This document shows positions 11,301 to 22,754 of a stretch of DNA of 44,479 bases, piece by piece. Positions within the stretch are counted from its first letter, which is position 1, and each line of letters opens with the position of its first letter. The stretch is from Octopus sinensis (lineage: Eukaryota): contig NW_021835410.1 of NCBI RefSeq assembly GCF_006345805.1, positions 1 to 44,479 of the forward strand. The letters are read 5' to 3'. Both the position numbers and the translations under genes were made by a program. The notes under the pieces were generated by a model that worked only from the letters and a program-made list of their open reading frames with translations, did no database searches and was not told where the DNA came from.

Positions 11301-11689
11301 GCATGCAGGTGTACTGTTAATAAGTTACATATATTATTAATAGCATATTTGTTAGAAATTGATGTCTTAATCAACATGGATTTATTTTTCATTCGCAAAT
11401 CAGTTCCCAAAATGTACACATGCTTGCATGTATACATGTATGTGTTCATACACACATGTATGTATGCATATTTACATATGCCTTCATATGTGCACGCACC
11501 AGTGCCGTATGGTGGTTGTTGCATCGGGTATGGTGCCACACCCAGTGTCACCAAATTTCAAGCAGAGATGTAACAATGGGTTTCCATTAAGATTTCTGAT
11601 TAAATAAATAAGGTTAATATTTATAATGAATTTGCTATTTTTTCGATCGGTGTGCAGTGCACACATAGCACATACGGAATATACGCCCT

Positions 11690-12370
11690 TCACACACACA
11701 CACACACACACATACACACACACACACGCACACACACACATACATACACATACACACACACACGCGCGCGCGCACACACACACATACACACACACTCGCA
11801 CACACACACGCACACACATACACACGCACAGACACACACACACATACACACACACACGCGCACACACATACACACGCACACATGCACACGCACACACACA
11901 CACATACACACACATACACACGCACAGACACACACGCACATACACACACACACGCGCACACACATACACACGCACACATGCACACGCACACACACACACG
12001 CACACACATACACACGCACAGACACACACACACACACACGCGCACACACACACACACGCACACATGCACACGCACACACACACACATACACACACATACA
12101 CACGCACAGACACACACACACATACACACACACACGCGCACACACATACACACACACACATACACACACATACACACGCACACACACACACGCACATACA
12201 CACACACACGCGCACACACATACACACGCACACATGCACACGCACACACACACACATACACACACATACACACGCACAGACACACACACACATACACACA
12301 CACACACGCACACACATACACACGCACACACGCACACACACACACATACACACACATACACACACACACA
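11690..12370. repeat. (CA)n-derived minisatellite with higher-order periodicity
   Basis: Recurring cacgcacagacac, cacgcgcacac and cacatgcacacg marks. Confidence 0.9.
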
Positions 12371-12541
12371 GGCGCGCGCACGTATATTTGTTTATATGTG
12401 TATATATATATATATATGTACACGTATATATCTGCTGTGACGCATACCCGCGTGCAAGGTGTATCTGTGTGTGTGCACGTGTGCGTGCATGCGTACATTC
12501 GTGCGTACGTTAGTGCGCGCGTGTGTACGCTTAACTTACGG

Positions 12542-12646
12542 ATAATAATAATAATAATAATAATAATAATATTCCAGCCTGTTGTCTCTTGAGGTCTCTG
12601 GGTTAGACTTGGAGCCAACTTGTACAAATGTAAAGCAAAAACATAA

Positions 12647-12677
<31 letters not shown>

Positions 12678-12695
12678 GTAATAATAATAATAATA

Positions 12696-12733
<38 letters not shown>

Positions 12734-12789
12734 GTGCCCCAGCATGGCCACAGCTCGTGAGCTGAAACTAGATAAAATAAAATAAAAAT

Positions 12790-12834
<45 letters not shown>

Positions 12835-12837
12835 TAA

Positions 12838-12869
<32 letters not shown>

Positions 12870-12890
12870 ATAGTAGTAGTAGTAGTCAAT
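12542..12890. repeat. (TAA)n/(TAG)n tracts with two short retroelement-tail-like inserts (12572-12648, 12733-12785)
   Basis: Non-repetitive inserts within (TAA)n. The second resembles the S1 tail ccagcatggccacag..ctgaaac. Confidence 0.6.
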
Positions 12891-13208
12891 ACAGTAACAG
12901 AAAGTAACTTCAAAGAGCAATGTAGAGCCGATACATAGAGACAGACAGACAGACAAACAGGAGACAAACAGACAGAATCTATACCAGTATCAAACTAGTA
13001 CTTTAACGATCACAAAAGGATTTTTCGTAAAAAAAAAAGAAAAGAATCAAAGTTCACCTTGGTGGGATTTGAACTCAGAACGTCTGATACTGAAGGCACT
13101 GTTATCAAACGCTCTCACGACTCTGCCAATTAGCCATATTTTGCTATTATGTAACATGCATTACGTAATTGGTTATGTAATGAGTATATGTATGCCGACT
13201 CTGGGCAA

Positions 13209-13698
13209 TCCTGTACAATAGAGTCGGAAATTATCTACTACTTCAAAAGCTGTAATTTCTTTTACTGGATGTGTATTTCAAGCAACGTAGATTATAATCC
13301 TTCAGCATGAATTTAAAAAATTTGGTAGTGGTGATGAGAATTGTTTCTCCTTCCACTTCGTGACTTTTCAGTTCTGGACCTTCTTTACGAAATTATTATT
13401 TGTTTTTCTTCAAATCTATGGCTTAAACATCTAAGGACTCTTCAGAACTGTGCTACACATACACCAAAAAAAGAATTTTAGAAAACTTTATCAAAACTGA
13501 AAAATTACAAAGAAGAGGGTGGGAGACAGGTTTTAAAATTCTCCAAGTCCTCTCTCCCGCCCCCTTTATTCTTCTTCTTTCTCCCATCACACCATTTTTC
13601 AGAATGGTAATCCGAGTGCTTCAAACATACAAGTCCAAAGAAATTATAGTTTGGGAGTAGATGGGTCACTAGATAATTTCCGACGCTATTGTACAGTG
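13209..13698. mobile_element. Non-autonomous DNA transposon with ~29-bp TIRs (CACTG-type end, Chapaev/Transib-like)
   Basis: ctgtacaatagagtcggaaattatcta versus tagataatttccgacgctattgtacagtg. No TSD seen. Confidence 0.7.
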
Positions 13699-13707
13699 AC
13701 GCCTACA

Positions 13708-14098
13708 CAAATTATTAAGATGGCTATTCACAATTTAGAATTGATAGGCAAGAAGTACAGTCGTGACTAAAGTGATGGAGCGGGCTAGTCAGCACCAGCA
13801 TTGCTAGAAATAACAGTCAAAACAACCTTAAGACACGTGTAAGCACTTTTCTAACAACACAGCTGACAAGGACACAAGCACGAGCTCCCCTCCTAGGGCA
13901 AGCAAGATGGAATCATATCAGCACCGATTTCAGATTTGATTAATCTTCATCAGCGACCCGTTACTCTGTTGCTGAGGGTTAAAGGACTTAATGCATATTA
14001 TCAGTCTTATAGAGAACACCATAGGAAACGTTGACCGATTCCAAAAATGATGAAGTGAGAAATATAAATAATTAAGGCGGCTATTCACAATTTACAAT
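13708..14098 (-). mobile_element. Penelope-like pLTR remnant with terminal direct repeat
   Basis: attaag(a/g)(t/c)ggctattcacaattta occurs at ~13714 and ~14071. Contains a hammerhead and the gctagaaata.cag motif. Confidence 0.6.
13910..13959 (-). ncRNA. Type-I hammerhead ribozyme motif
   Basis: Minus strand: gggucg CUGAUGA agauu-aauca-aaucu GAAA ucggugcuga UA ugauuc. All three stems form, using GU pairs. Confidence 0.7.
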
Positions 14099-14110
14099 AT
14101 ATATATACAT

Positions 14111-14334
14111 ATACAATTGCAGCGTGGAAGGTGTTTATAAGCCATTTAAGAAACACACTTGCATAGCAAGTGACCTGATCTGATATCGTGTGCTGGAATG
14201 AAAAGAATTGCAGTGTGGAAGGTGTTTATAAACCATTTAAGAAACATAGAAAAACCGTTAGATTCACTTCAACATTTAAATTTAATTTGCCAAAATATTT
14301 TTGTCACTTTGAGACTATGACCTGTTCACTGACA
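14111..14334 (-). mobile_element. H2 repeat, copy B, with variant hammerhead at 14288-14334
   Basis: Minus strand: uguca GUGAACA g gucau-agucucaaa-gugac AAAA auauuu uggca. G12 is lost at a CpG. Confidence 0.65.
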
Positions 14335-14384
14335 CACATGTATATGAAAGAAGCCTGTTGTATATACTACGCCTATATATATGT

Positions 14385-14557
14385 GTGTAGCTGTATAGTA
14401 AAAAGCTTGCTTCCCAACCACCCACATGGTTCTGGGTTCAGTCCCACTGTGTGGCACCTTGGGGAAGTGTTTTCTACTATAGCCTTGGGCTGACCAAAGC
14501 CTTGTGAGTGGATTTGGTAGACAGAGACTGAAAGGAGCCTGTCATATATATATATAC

Positions 14558-14653
<96 letters not shown>

Positions 14654-14871
14654 TACATGTATATGTGTTTGTGAGTTTGCATTTGGCCCCCTACCATTGC
14701 TTGACAACCGATGTTGGTGTGTTTACGTCCCAGTAACATTAGCAGTTTGGCAAAAGAGACCGATAGAATAAGTACTAGGCTTACAAAAAATAAGGCTTGG
14801 GGGCGATTTGTTTGACTAAAGGCAGTGCTCCAGTATGTCCACAGTCAAATGACCAAAACAAATAAAAGAAT
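14385..14871 (+). mobile_element. S1 SINE
   Basis: Head, CORE-like segment, expanded internal (TA)n, tail. Confidence 0.85.
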
Positions 14872-15045
14872 ACACACATGATATCATCTGGGTTATAATC
14901 TAATAATGTGCAATTCAAAGCTCCTATACAGTTATCGGCAACCATATGCCATCATGCATCATACAGTAAGACTATTCCTTTTGCTGGATACACATGTGGA
15001 AATCTGTTAGTGCATACAGAATTTATATAAAATTTTATGAAATAA

Positions 15046-15513
15046 GAAATGACAAAGGGCCTCTCGCTCAGAGTAAAAGGCAGACTGTATGACACATGTG
15101 TATGAACAGCCATGCTACATGGCAGTGAAACATGGGCTGTGACTGCTAAGGACATCTGTAGGCTTGCAAGGAATGAAGCCAGTATGATCCGATGGATGTG
15201 TAATGTCAGTGTGCATACTCGACAGAGTGTAAGTACTTTGAGAGAAAAGTTGGGCCTAAGAAGCATCAGATGTGGTGTGCAAGAGAAACAACTGGGCTGG
15301 TATGGGCATGTGGCGAGAATGGATGAGGATAGCTGTGTGAAAAAGTGCTATACCCTAGCGGTTGAGGAAACCTGTGGAAGGGGTAAACCCAGGAAGACCT
15401 GGAATGAAGTGGTGAAGCACAACCTTCGAACATTGGGCCTCACCGAGTCAATGACTAGTGACCGAGACCTTTGGAAATATGCAGTGCATGAGAAGACCCG
15501 GCAAGCCAAGTGA
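15046..15513 (+). pseudogene. RTE ORF C-terminal (post-RT) region
   Basis: KGRLYDTCV*TAMLHGSETW...MIRWMC...LGWYGHVARM...RGKPRKTW...DRDLW, typical RTE motifs. One stop. Confidence 0.9.
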
Positions 15514-16098
15514 GACCATAACCATGTGGCCTATGCCAGGGGTGTAACCAGCCCACTTATGTGTACCTTTCCTTGATTGGACACTAAACCCTGTTTGCGA
15601 AGACCTGTTGAGGCAAGTGAAATCGAAATCAAATTTGATGACTGGCATCCGTGCTAATGGAGCACTAAGAGTACCATATGAGTGAGATCATTGCCAGAGG
15701 AACAGACTGGCCTCCCTGCCAGTGGCACATAAAAAACACCATTCGAGCGTGATCACTACCTGCGTCGCATTACTGGCACTTGTGCTGGTGGCATGTGAAA
15801 AAACATTCGAGCGAGGTTGTTGCCAGTGCTGCTGGACTGGCTCCTGTGCAGGTGGCACATAAAAAACACCATTTGAGCATGGCCGTTGCCAGTACCACTT
15901 GACTGGCCCCCAAGCCAGTGGCGCGTAAAATCACCCACTACACTCTTGGAGTGGTTGGCGTTAGGAAGGGCATCCAGCTGTAGAAACTCTGCCAGATCAG
16001 ATTGGAGTCTTGTGTAGCTATCTGGTTCACCAGTCCTCAGTCAAATTGTCCAACCCATGCCAGCATGGAAAGCAGACATTAAATGATGATGATGATGA
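15046..16098 (+). mobile_element. 5'-truncated RTE-clade LINE
   Basis: ORF C-terminus, then ~580-bp 3' UTR with ~65-nt subrepeats, then (GAT)n tail. Confidence 0.9.
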
Positions 16099-16104
16099 TA
16101 TATA

Positions 16105-16440
16105 CTCAAAATAAGCAACAAGGATATCCAGAGGTAATGCAGTACAATCGTTTCATGCAACTCCATTTAATTGAACAATGCAATCATTACATCAATTTAA
16201 AATGTAGAGCAATCTTCAGCTGCACAAAGACATAGAATTTAATTAAATTAGAACAGATGGACTCATTAGTATAATTATACCTAAAATCTCCAAGAAGTTA
16301 AGGAGATAGACAAAGAACATGTTGTACCTACATCAGTATAGTCTATTATTTTGAAATTGTATGGATGATACTGTATTAAATTCTGGTGCCTCAACTTAAG
16401 TACCATATTCATCTGAATCTAAATGTTTTGCTGAACTCAT
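16105..16440. mobile_element. Penelope-like remnant: inverted hammerhead-bearing segment joined to a direct 3' end
   Basis: 16108-16130 is the reverse complement of tatccttgttgcttatttt at ~25777. 16355-16437 is a direct homolog of 25815-25895 and 26480-26560. Confidence 0.6.
16137..16225 (-). ncRNA. Type-I hammerhead ribozyme motif with long stem II
   Basis: Minus strand: gugcag CUGAAGA uugc...gcau GAAAC gauu GUA cugcau. Intact core, 6-bp stem I, near-palindromic stem III. Confidence 0.75.
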
Positions 16441-17014
16441 CTACCATATCTCTTGTATAAAATCTGTTCTGTCTGTCTGTCAGGCATCCTCCATCCGATT
16501 GCGCTCAAATTTGATATGTAGATACCGACGGTATCAGGGCATGTATAAGTCTTGAAAAAATTAGAAAAATCGATTCCAGGTGAGAATGCGATCGATAAAT
16601 CCGTTTTTGTCCTGCTTTTCTTCTGTCAACCTGTACATAACTGCACCTTCCATTTTTTTTTGTTTTTGTACTGCTTAAAGGCACGTTTCTTTCCTGCCAA
16701 GCTTACTGTTTAAACCATGTTTGTGTTCTCCCAGTCAACAGCCTTATCATAACTGGTACTTTAAACTCTTCGGTTGCATATTTTTGTGAATAAAATCGTT
16801 TTTCTTTGAAATAGAAAAAAAGCCTATCGTTATTTCTTTTGCTGGTGTCTCAAATTCAGGTTAAATCAGTGTTTCTCAAAGGGGAGGCCTATAGGACGGT
16901 CAGACAAGTTGTTTTGAGAAAATTTGGTTTAAATGTTTGACAACTCTGCACCGTCCATTGGATGGGGGGGCGTTTTGTTTGTATATATATATCTATATAT
17001 ACGAATTAATGAAA

Positions 17015-17578
17015 AAATCAAAATCAAATTCGATGACTGGTGTCCGTGCTAGCGGGGTGTGAAGAGCACCATACGAGTGTGATCATTGATAGAGCGGATA
17101 ACCGGCTTCCGTGCCAGTGGCACTTAAAAGGTACCATTCGAGCGTGATTGTTACCAGCGTCACATTACTGGCACTCGAGCCCTGTGCTAGTAGGGTATTA
17201 AGAGCACCATCCGAGCGAGGTCGTTGCCAGAGCGGCTATCTGGCCTCCGTGCCAGTGGCACGTAAAAGAAACCATTCTAGCGTGATCGTTACCAACGTCG
17301 CCTTACTGGCACCTGTGCTGGTGGAATGTGTAAAAGATTCGAGTGAGGTCGTTGCCAATGCCGCCTGACTTGCCCCATGCTGGTTGCATGTAAAAGCACC
17401 CACTACACTCTCGGAGTGGTTGGCATCCAGCTGTAGAAACTCTGCCAGATCAAGATTGGAGCCTGGTGCAGCTATCTGGTTCGCCAACCCACAGTCAAAT
17501 TGTCCAACCCATGCTAGCATGGAAAGCAGACGTTAAACGATGATGATGATGATGGTGGTGATGATGATGATGATGATC
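17015..17578 (+). mobile_element. RTE 3' UTR with about six subrepeats
   Basis: Homologous to 15620-16098, with a (GAT)n tail. Confidence 0.85.
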
Positions 17579-18406
17579 TACAGTATTGTGCTTCAGGAAA
17601 TTGTTGCTTAGGGCCATCCCACCAATCAAGAGTTCTACTTTCCTTTTCCTTTCTTTTTCTTTTATTCTTTTACTTGTTTCAGTCATTTGACTGTGGCCAT
17701 GCTGGAGCACCGCCATTAGTCGAGCAAATCGACCCCAGGACTTATTCTTTGTCGAACCCATGCTAGCATGGAAAACGGACGTTAAACGATGATGATGATG
17801 ATGATGATGATGATGATAATGATGATGATGATGATGATAATGATGATGATGAATTAATGTAAATTTTTTTTGTAGAATCTAGAATTTCAAGTTAACCTTA
17901 GATAAACAAGATAGTTTTATCCCACATTGTTTGAAGACAGTTCTAGGTTACTATAATACTTACCTTTTAAAAGGTAGGTCTTCTTCTGTAACCAATCATA
18001 TCAGACAACTAAAACACCAATAAAATCTGCAAGAACCATGTACTAATAAACATGCCTGGAATGTAATTGTTGATCGGAACACCCAATACAATTTATATCC
18101 TGATATCAAATTTTGATATTCAAGATGTTTTTATTTTTTCGTTTTTAATACCTGTAATAAGTGCTTTTCTCTTTCTTTTTAAAGCCTGCTGCTTATTCTA
18201 TTGCTCTCTGTTGCTGAACCACTAAGTTACAGGGACATAAACACAATACTGCTTGCCAGCGCGGGTGGGAAGACAAACACAGTCATAGATACACACACAC
18301 ACATGCACGCACACACACACACACATACGTATGTGTGTGTGTGTGTGTTGTGCGCGAGCGTGTGTGTGTATATATATATATATAAAAAAAAAAAGGATAA
18401 AAGGAT

Positions 18407-19180
18407 GAGTTTCAATGTGTCCATGCCCAGGGAAGTAAGGCATTCAGAATATGGCAGATGCCTGATGGAGGGTATTCTCTTGGTTGCACATCGCTGAACG
18501 GTTTCCAGACGATTAATATTCTGGGCAAGATAGGAGTTCCAGACCGGTGATGCAAATTCCAGGCGAGGCCACACCATAGCTATATATATATAAAGCCTCA
18601 GATAGATAGCCAGAGAGCGGCTCACAAAGGACTTGGTGAGTGATGCCAAGACACCCTCAGCCTTCTTGAAAAGGTGCTCAGAGTTATTGTTTGTAAGATG
18701 GTTAATAATTTTATGGGTGTCTGCCAAGTCAGCTGCCAGACGTCGGAGTTTCAATGTGTCCATGCCCAGGGAAGTAAGGCATTCAGAATATGGCAAATGC
18801 CTGATGGAGGGTATTCTCTTGGTTGCATGTCGCTGAACAGTTTCCAGACGATTAATATTCTGGGCAAGATAGGAGTTCCAGACCGGTGATGCAAATTCCA
18901 GGTGAGGTTTTACCATAGCTATATAAAGCTTCAGATAGATAGCTGGAGAGCGGCTTACAAAGGATTTGGTGAGTGATGCCAAGACACCCTCAGCCTTCGC
19001 TGAATGATTTCCAGACGATTAATATCCTGGACAAGATAGGGGTTCCAGACCGGTGATGCAAATTCCAGGTGAGGCCACACCATAGCTATATAAAGCCGCA
19101 GATAGATAGCCGGAGAGCGGCTCACAAAGGACTTGGTGAGTGATGCCAAGACACCCTCAGCCTTCTTGTCAATTTTAGCA
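18407..19180 (-). pseudogene. CR1/L2-group LINE RT C-terminal fragment, present as three tandem partial copies
   Basis: LYIAMV.PHLEFASPVWN.YL...I.RLE.VQR.ATKRIP occurs three times, with LKLRRLAADL in the longest copy. Confidence 0.8.
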
Positions 19181-19594
19181 TTCTCCCACCAAAATCCCAA
19201 TTTCAGCCATACTTCACCCCAGACTATTTAGTACATATCCTGTTCCTCTAACAATAATAGGCTTGAAACTGAAAGTGTTTGTTGGGCGTAACAATGATGA
19301 TTAAACAACAAAAGGCTTTTGAGAAATGATTAAGTGAAGAACAATTAATTAATTATTATGATGGCCATTTACTTAATATGTATTATAATGTTTGTTACAT
19401 TTCAAAATTAGCAACTGCAGCAAATTGCTTGTGAAAACATCGTTTATAAATGCATTTAAATATATTCAATGGTTTCATGGTTCGTTCTGTGTGGGAACAA
19501 GTTTCATGTCTGTGCGACTTGTTTCTTTGTTTGTTGAGCGAAGCGGTCTTTGTCCCAGAGCTCGCAAGATCGCGCCTCAGGATTGTCTCTCTCT

Positions 19595-19817
19595 CTCTTT
19601 TACTCTTTTACTTGTTTCGGTCATTTGACTGCGGCCATGCTGGAGCACCGCCTTTAGTCAAGCAAATCGACCCCGGGACTTATTCTTTTTTGTAAGCCCA
19701 GTACTTATTCTATCGGTCTCTTTTGCCGAACCGCTAAGTGACGGGGACGTAAAACACACCAGCATCGGTTGTCAAGCAATGTTAGGGGGACAAACACAGA
19801 CACACACACACATATAT

Positions 19818-19896
<79 letters not shown>

Positions 19897-20053
19897 CAAC
19901 GGGCTTCTTTCAGTTTCCGTCTACCAAATCCACTCACAAGGCATTGGTCAGCCTGGAGCTATAGCAGAAGACACTTGCCCAAGATGCCACGCAGTGGGAC
20001 TGAACCCAGAACCATGTGGTTGGTTAGCAAGCTACTTACCACACAGCCACTCC
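19595..20053 (-). mobile_element. S1 SINE
   Basis: Reverse complement of full S1. Confidence 0.9.
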
Positions 20054-20057
20054 TATC

Positions 20058-20395
20058 TGTAGTGGGAGAGTCCGAAACGTGGTCCTTTGCTATTCATAAG
20101 ACCCACAGAAGAGAAAGCAGGTCAACCCCTGACACCGAGAGCATCGACGGATTGATGAATGCACATCCAGGCTCAGCAGTTGCATAGGAAGTCGGGGACA
20201 AGAAACAGGAAAAAAGAGTGAGAGAAAGTTGGAGCAAAAGAGTACAACAGGGATCGCCACCACCCCTTGCTGGAGCCTTGTGGAGCTTTTATGTGTTTTC
20301 ACTCAATAAACACTCACAACGCCTGGTCTAGGAATCAAAACCACGATCCTCTGACCGCGAGTCCACTGCCCTAACCACTGGGCCATTGCTCCGCC
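20058..20395 (-). mobile_element. S3 SINE, tail type c
   Basis: S3 head/body at 20205-20395 followed by a tail unlike the other copies. Confidence 0.7.
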
Positions 20396-20457
20396 ACTGT
20401 CTGTGCTGCTGAAGAGAAGGGAAAGAGTGAAGTTATACAAGCATCTTTATTTTATTT

Positions 20458-20745
20458 ATGTGCCCCTTTTAAAGCCTAGCGAGGCTCATGGGTCCAGTTT
20501 CCCGGTTTCTGTGACGTATGTGTTCACCCCAGCGGGACGCCAGTCCATCACAGCATTACTCAAGAAACAGGAAGAACGAGGGCGAAAGAGTACAACAGGG
20601 GTCACCACCACCTCCATGCCGGAGCCTCATGGAGCATTAGGTGTTTTCGCTCAATAAACACAATCAACGCCTGGTCTGGGAATTGAAACCGTGATCCTCC
20701 AACTGCGAGTCCGCTGCTCTAACCACTGGGCCATTGTGCCTCCAC
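20458..20745 (-). mobile_element. S3 SINE, tail type b
   Basis: S3 head plus gatggactggcgtcccg...gaaaccgggaaactgg tail. Confidence 0.85.
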
Positions 20746-20824
20746 GTACAAGCATCTAGAGACAATAAAAGTTCTGTCTTTGCATATCTACTCTTAGGTC
20801 AGTGGCTGAAATGACCAAAAGAAG

Positions 20825-20825
<1 letters not shown>

Positions 20826-20867
<42 letters not shown>

Positions 20868-21345
20868 TTAACGTCCGCTTTCCATGCTGGCATGGGTTGG
20901 AAGGTTTGACTGAGGATTGGTGAGCGAGAGGCTGTACCAGGCTCAATTTGATCTGGCAAAGTTTCTACAGCTGGATGCCCTTCCAAACACCAACCACTCC
21001 GAGCATGTAGTGGGTGCTTTTACATGACACCAGCACGAGGGCCAGTCAGGAGGTTCTGGCAACGACCTCGCTCAAAAGGTGTTTTTATATACCACCTGCA
21101 TGGGAGCCAGTCTGGCGGCACTGGCAATGACCACACTCGAATGCTGTTTTTCATGTGCCACTGGCACATGTGCCGGTAGGGCAATTGGCAATGATCAGGC
21201 TCGAATGGTGCTTTTCATGTGTCACCAGCACAGGAACCAATCTGTGGCCCTGGCAACAATCACGTTCGGATGTGCTTTTAACGTTCCACTGGCATGAGTG
21301 CTAATTAGGTGGTACTGTCATCGGCCACGTCAGCGATTTGGACTT
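20826..21345 (-). mobile_element. RTE 3' UTR
   Basis: (CAT)n tail and subrepeats on the minus strand. Confidence 0.85.
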
Positions 21346-21770
21346 AATATTTGGCTGTTTATTTATGCTTGGTAATTGTTTTAGGTCAGCTGAGAACAAG
21401 AGATTCTTCCCTAATTATCTATCATGACCCTTCCATGGCCAGAGAAAGATCAAGAGGTCAAGTTATTCAATAAAATGTCTATCGCTGTACATCTGCTCCT
21501 TGGTCAGTTGCTGAAATGACCAAAAGAGGTAGACTTAATATTTGGGTGTTTATGTTTGGTAATTAATGCAGGTCAGCTGAGAAGAAAAGATTCTTCCAGA
21601 ATTATGTATCTTGACCCTTGCATGGCCAGAGAAAGATCAAGAGGTGAACTTATTGATATCAATCTCCAAATGCAGAGAGGAGAAAACAATAGACTGGAAA
21701 TTTGTTTGACATGTAGCAGAAATATTCAGCAATCACCTGATGTTTCGATTTGCTAGAATAGTACCCACAT

Positions 21771-22372
21771 GGTGGTGAGCTGGCAGAAATGTTAGTGCTC
21801 TGGGTGAAATGCTGAGTGGTATTTCGTTTGCCGTTACGTTCTAAGTTCAAATTCTGCCAAGGCCGACTTTGCCTTTCATCTTTTCGGGGTCGATAAATTA
21901 AGTACCAGTTACGCACCGGGGTCGAAATAATCGACTTAATCCATTTGTCTGTCCTTGCTTGTCCTCTCTGTGTTTAGCCCCTTGTGGGTAGTAAAGAAAT
22001 AGGTATTTCGTCTGCCACTACATTCTGAGTTCAAATTCTGCCGAGGTCGGCTTTGCCTTTCATCCTTTTGGAGTCAAAAAATTAACTACCAGTTATGCAC
22101 TGGGGTCGATGTAATCGACTTAATCCCTTTGTCTGTCCTTGTTTGTCCCCTCTGTGTTTAGCCCCTTGTGGGTAGTAAAGAAATAGGTATTTCGTCTGCC
22201 GTTACATTCTGAGTTCAAATTCCGCCGAGGTCGACTTTGCTTTTCATCCTTTCAGAGTTGAAAAATTAAGTACCAGCTATGCACTGGAGTCGATGTAATC
22301 GACTTAATCCCTTTGTCTGCCCTTGTTTGTCCTCTCTATGTTTATCCCCTTGTGGGCAATAAAGAAATAAGA
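21771..22372 (+). mobile_element. S2 SINE with one head and three tandem ~183-bp bodies
   Basis: Units restart at ggtatttcgt(c/t)tgcc. Flanked by a duplication agaatagt(a/g)cc(c/t)acat. Confidence 0.85.
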
Positions 22373-22754
22373 ATAGTGCCTACATGATCAACAAAATCTG
22401 ACCAGTCATGGCTTTATGTGAGATAGACTCCAGTGACAACTTTATCCTTTGGTGTGTTTCCTTCTGAGCCTATCAACTAGTATAAATTCAGCACACTAGA
22501 CAGAGAACTTTGGGATTCAGCAGACAGTACATTGACAACACAAGGAGTTGGCCAACAGAGACAGCAAGCTGACAACACAAAGACAATGAACAGTCAGAGG
22601 GAGAATGACTTTAGAAGTCAGTGGCTGGCAAGAAACTAACAGCGCTTTATCTGCTGCTAACATAAAAAACTCTCAATACAGTTCTATATTTAAGAGACGA
22701 AGAATTATGTACATTATTTACATTCGACGGATATTTGTCCTCATCTTGTTCTTT

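Noticed and set aside
10397-12967. Long ORFs of up to 330 aa (HT/CV/YLSI repeats)
   Set aside because: Translations of microsatellites open in many frames, with no coding signal.
15645-15940. Repeat/variable-segment array resembling CRISPR
   Set aside because: Variable parts are ~10 nt, it lies in a LINE 3' UTR in animal DNA, and there are no cas genes.
16225-16340. SECIS element upstream of the hammerhead, as in some Naiad-type Penelope elements
   Set aside because: An AUGA is present but no complementary stem with a GA quartet was found.
16447-16640. Helitron-like 5' end (A|TC, CTGT repeats)
   Set aside because: No matching hairpin-CTAG 3' end found, so boundaries are unsupported.
18227-18982. 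251-aa ORF as a functional gene
   Set aside because: Duplicated LINE fragment running into a microsatellite.
22380-22690. Possible solo LTR (TATA-like tataaa)
   Set aside because: No TG..CA termini with TSD could be defined.
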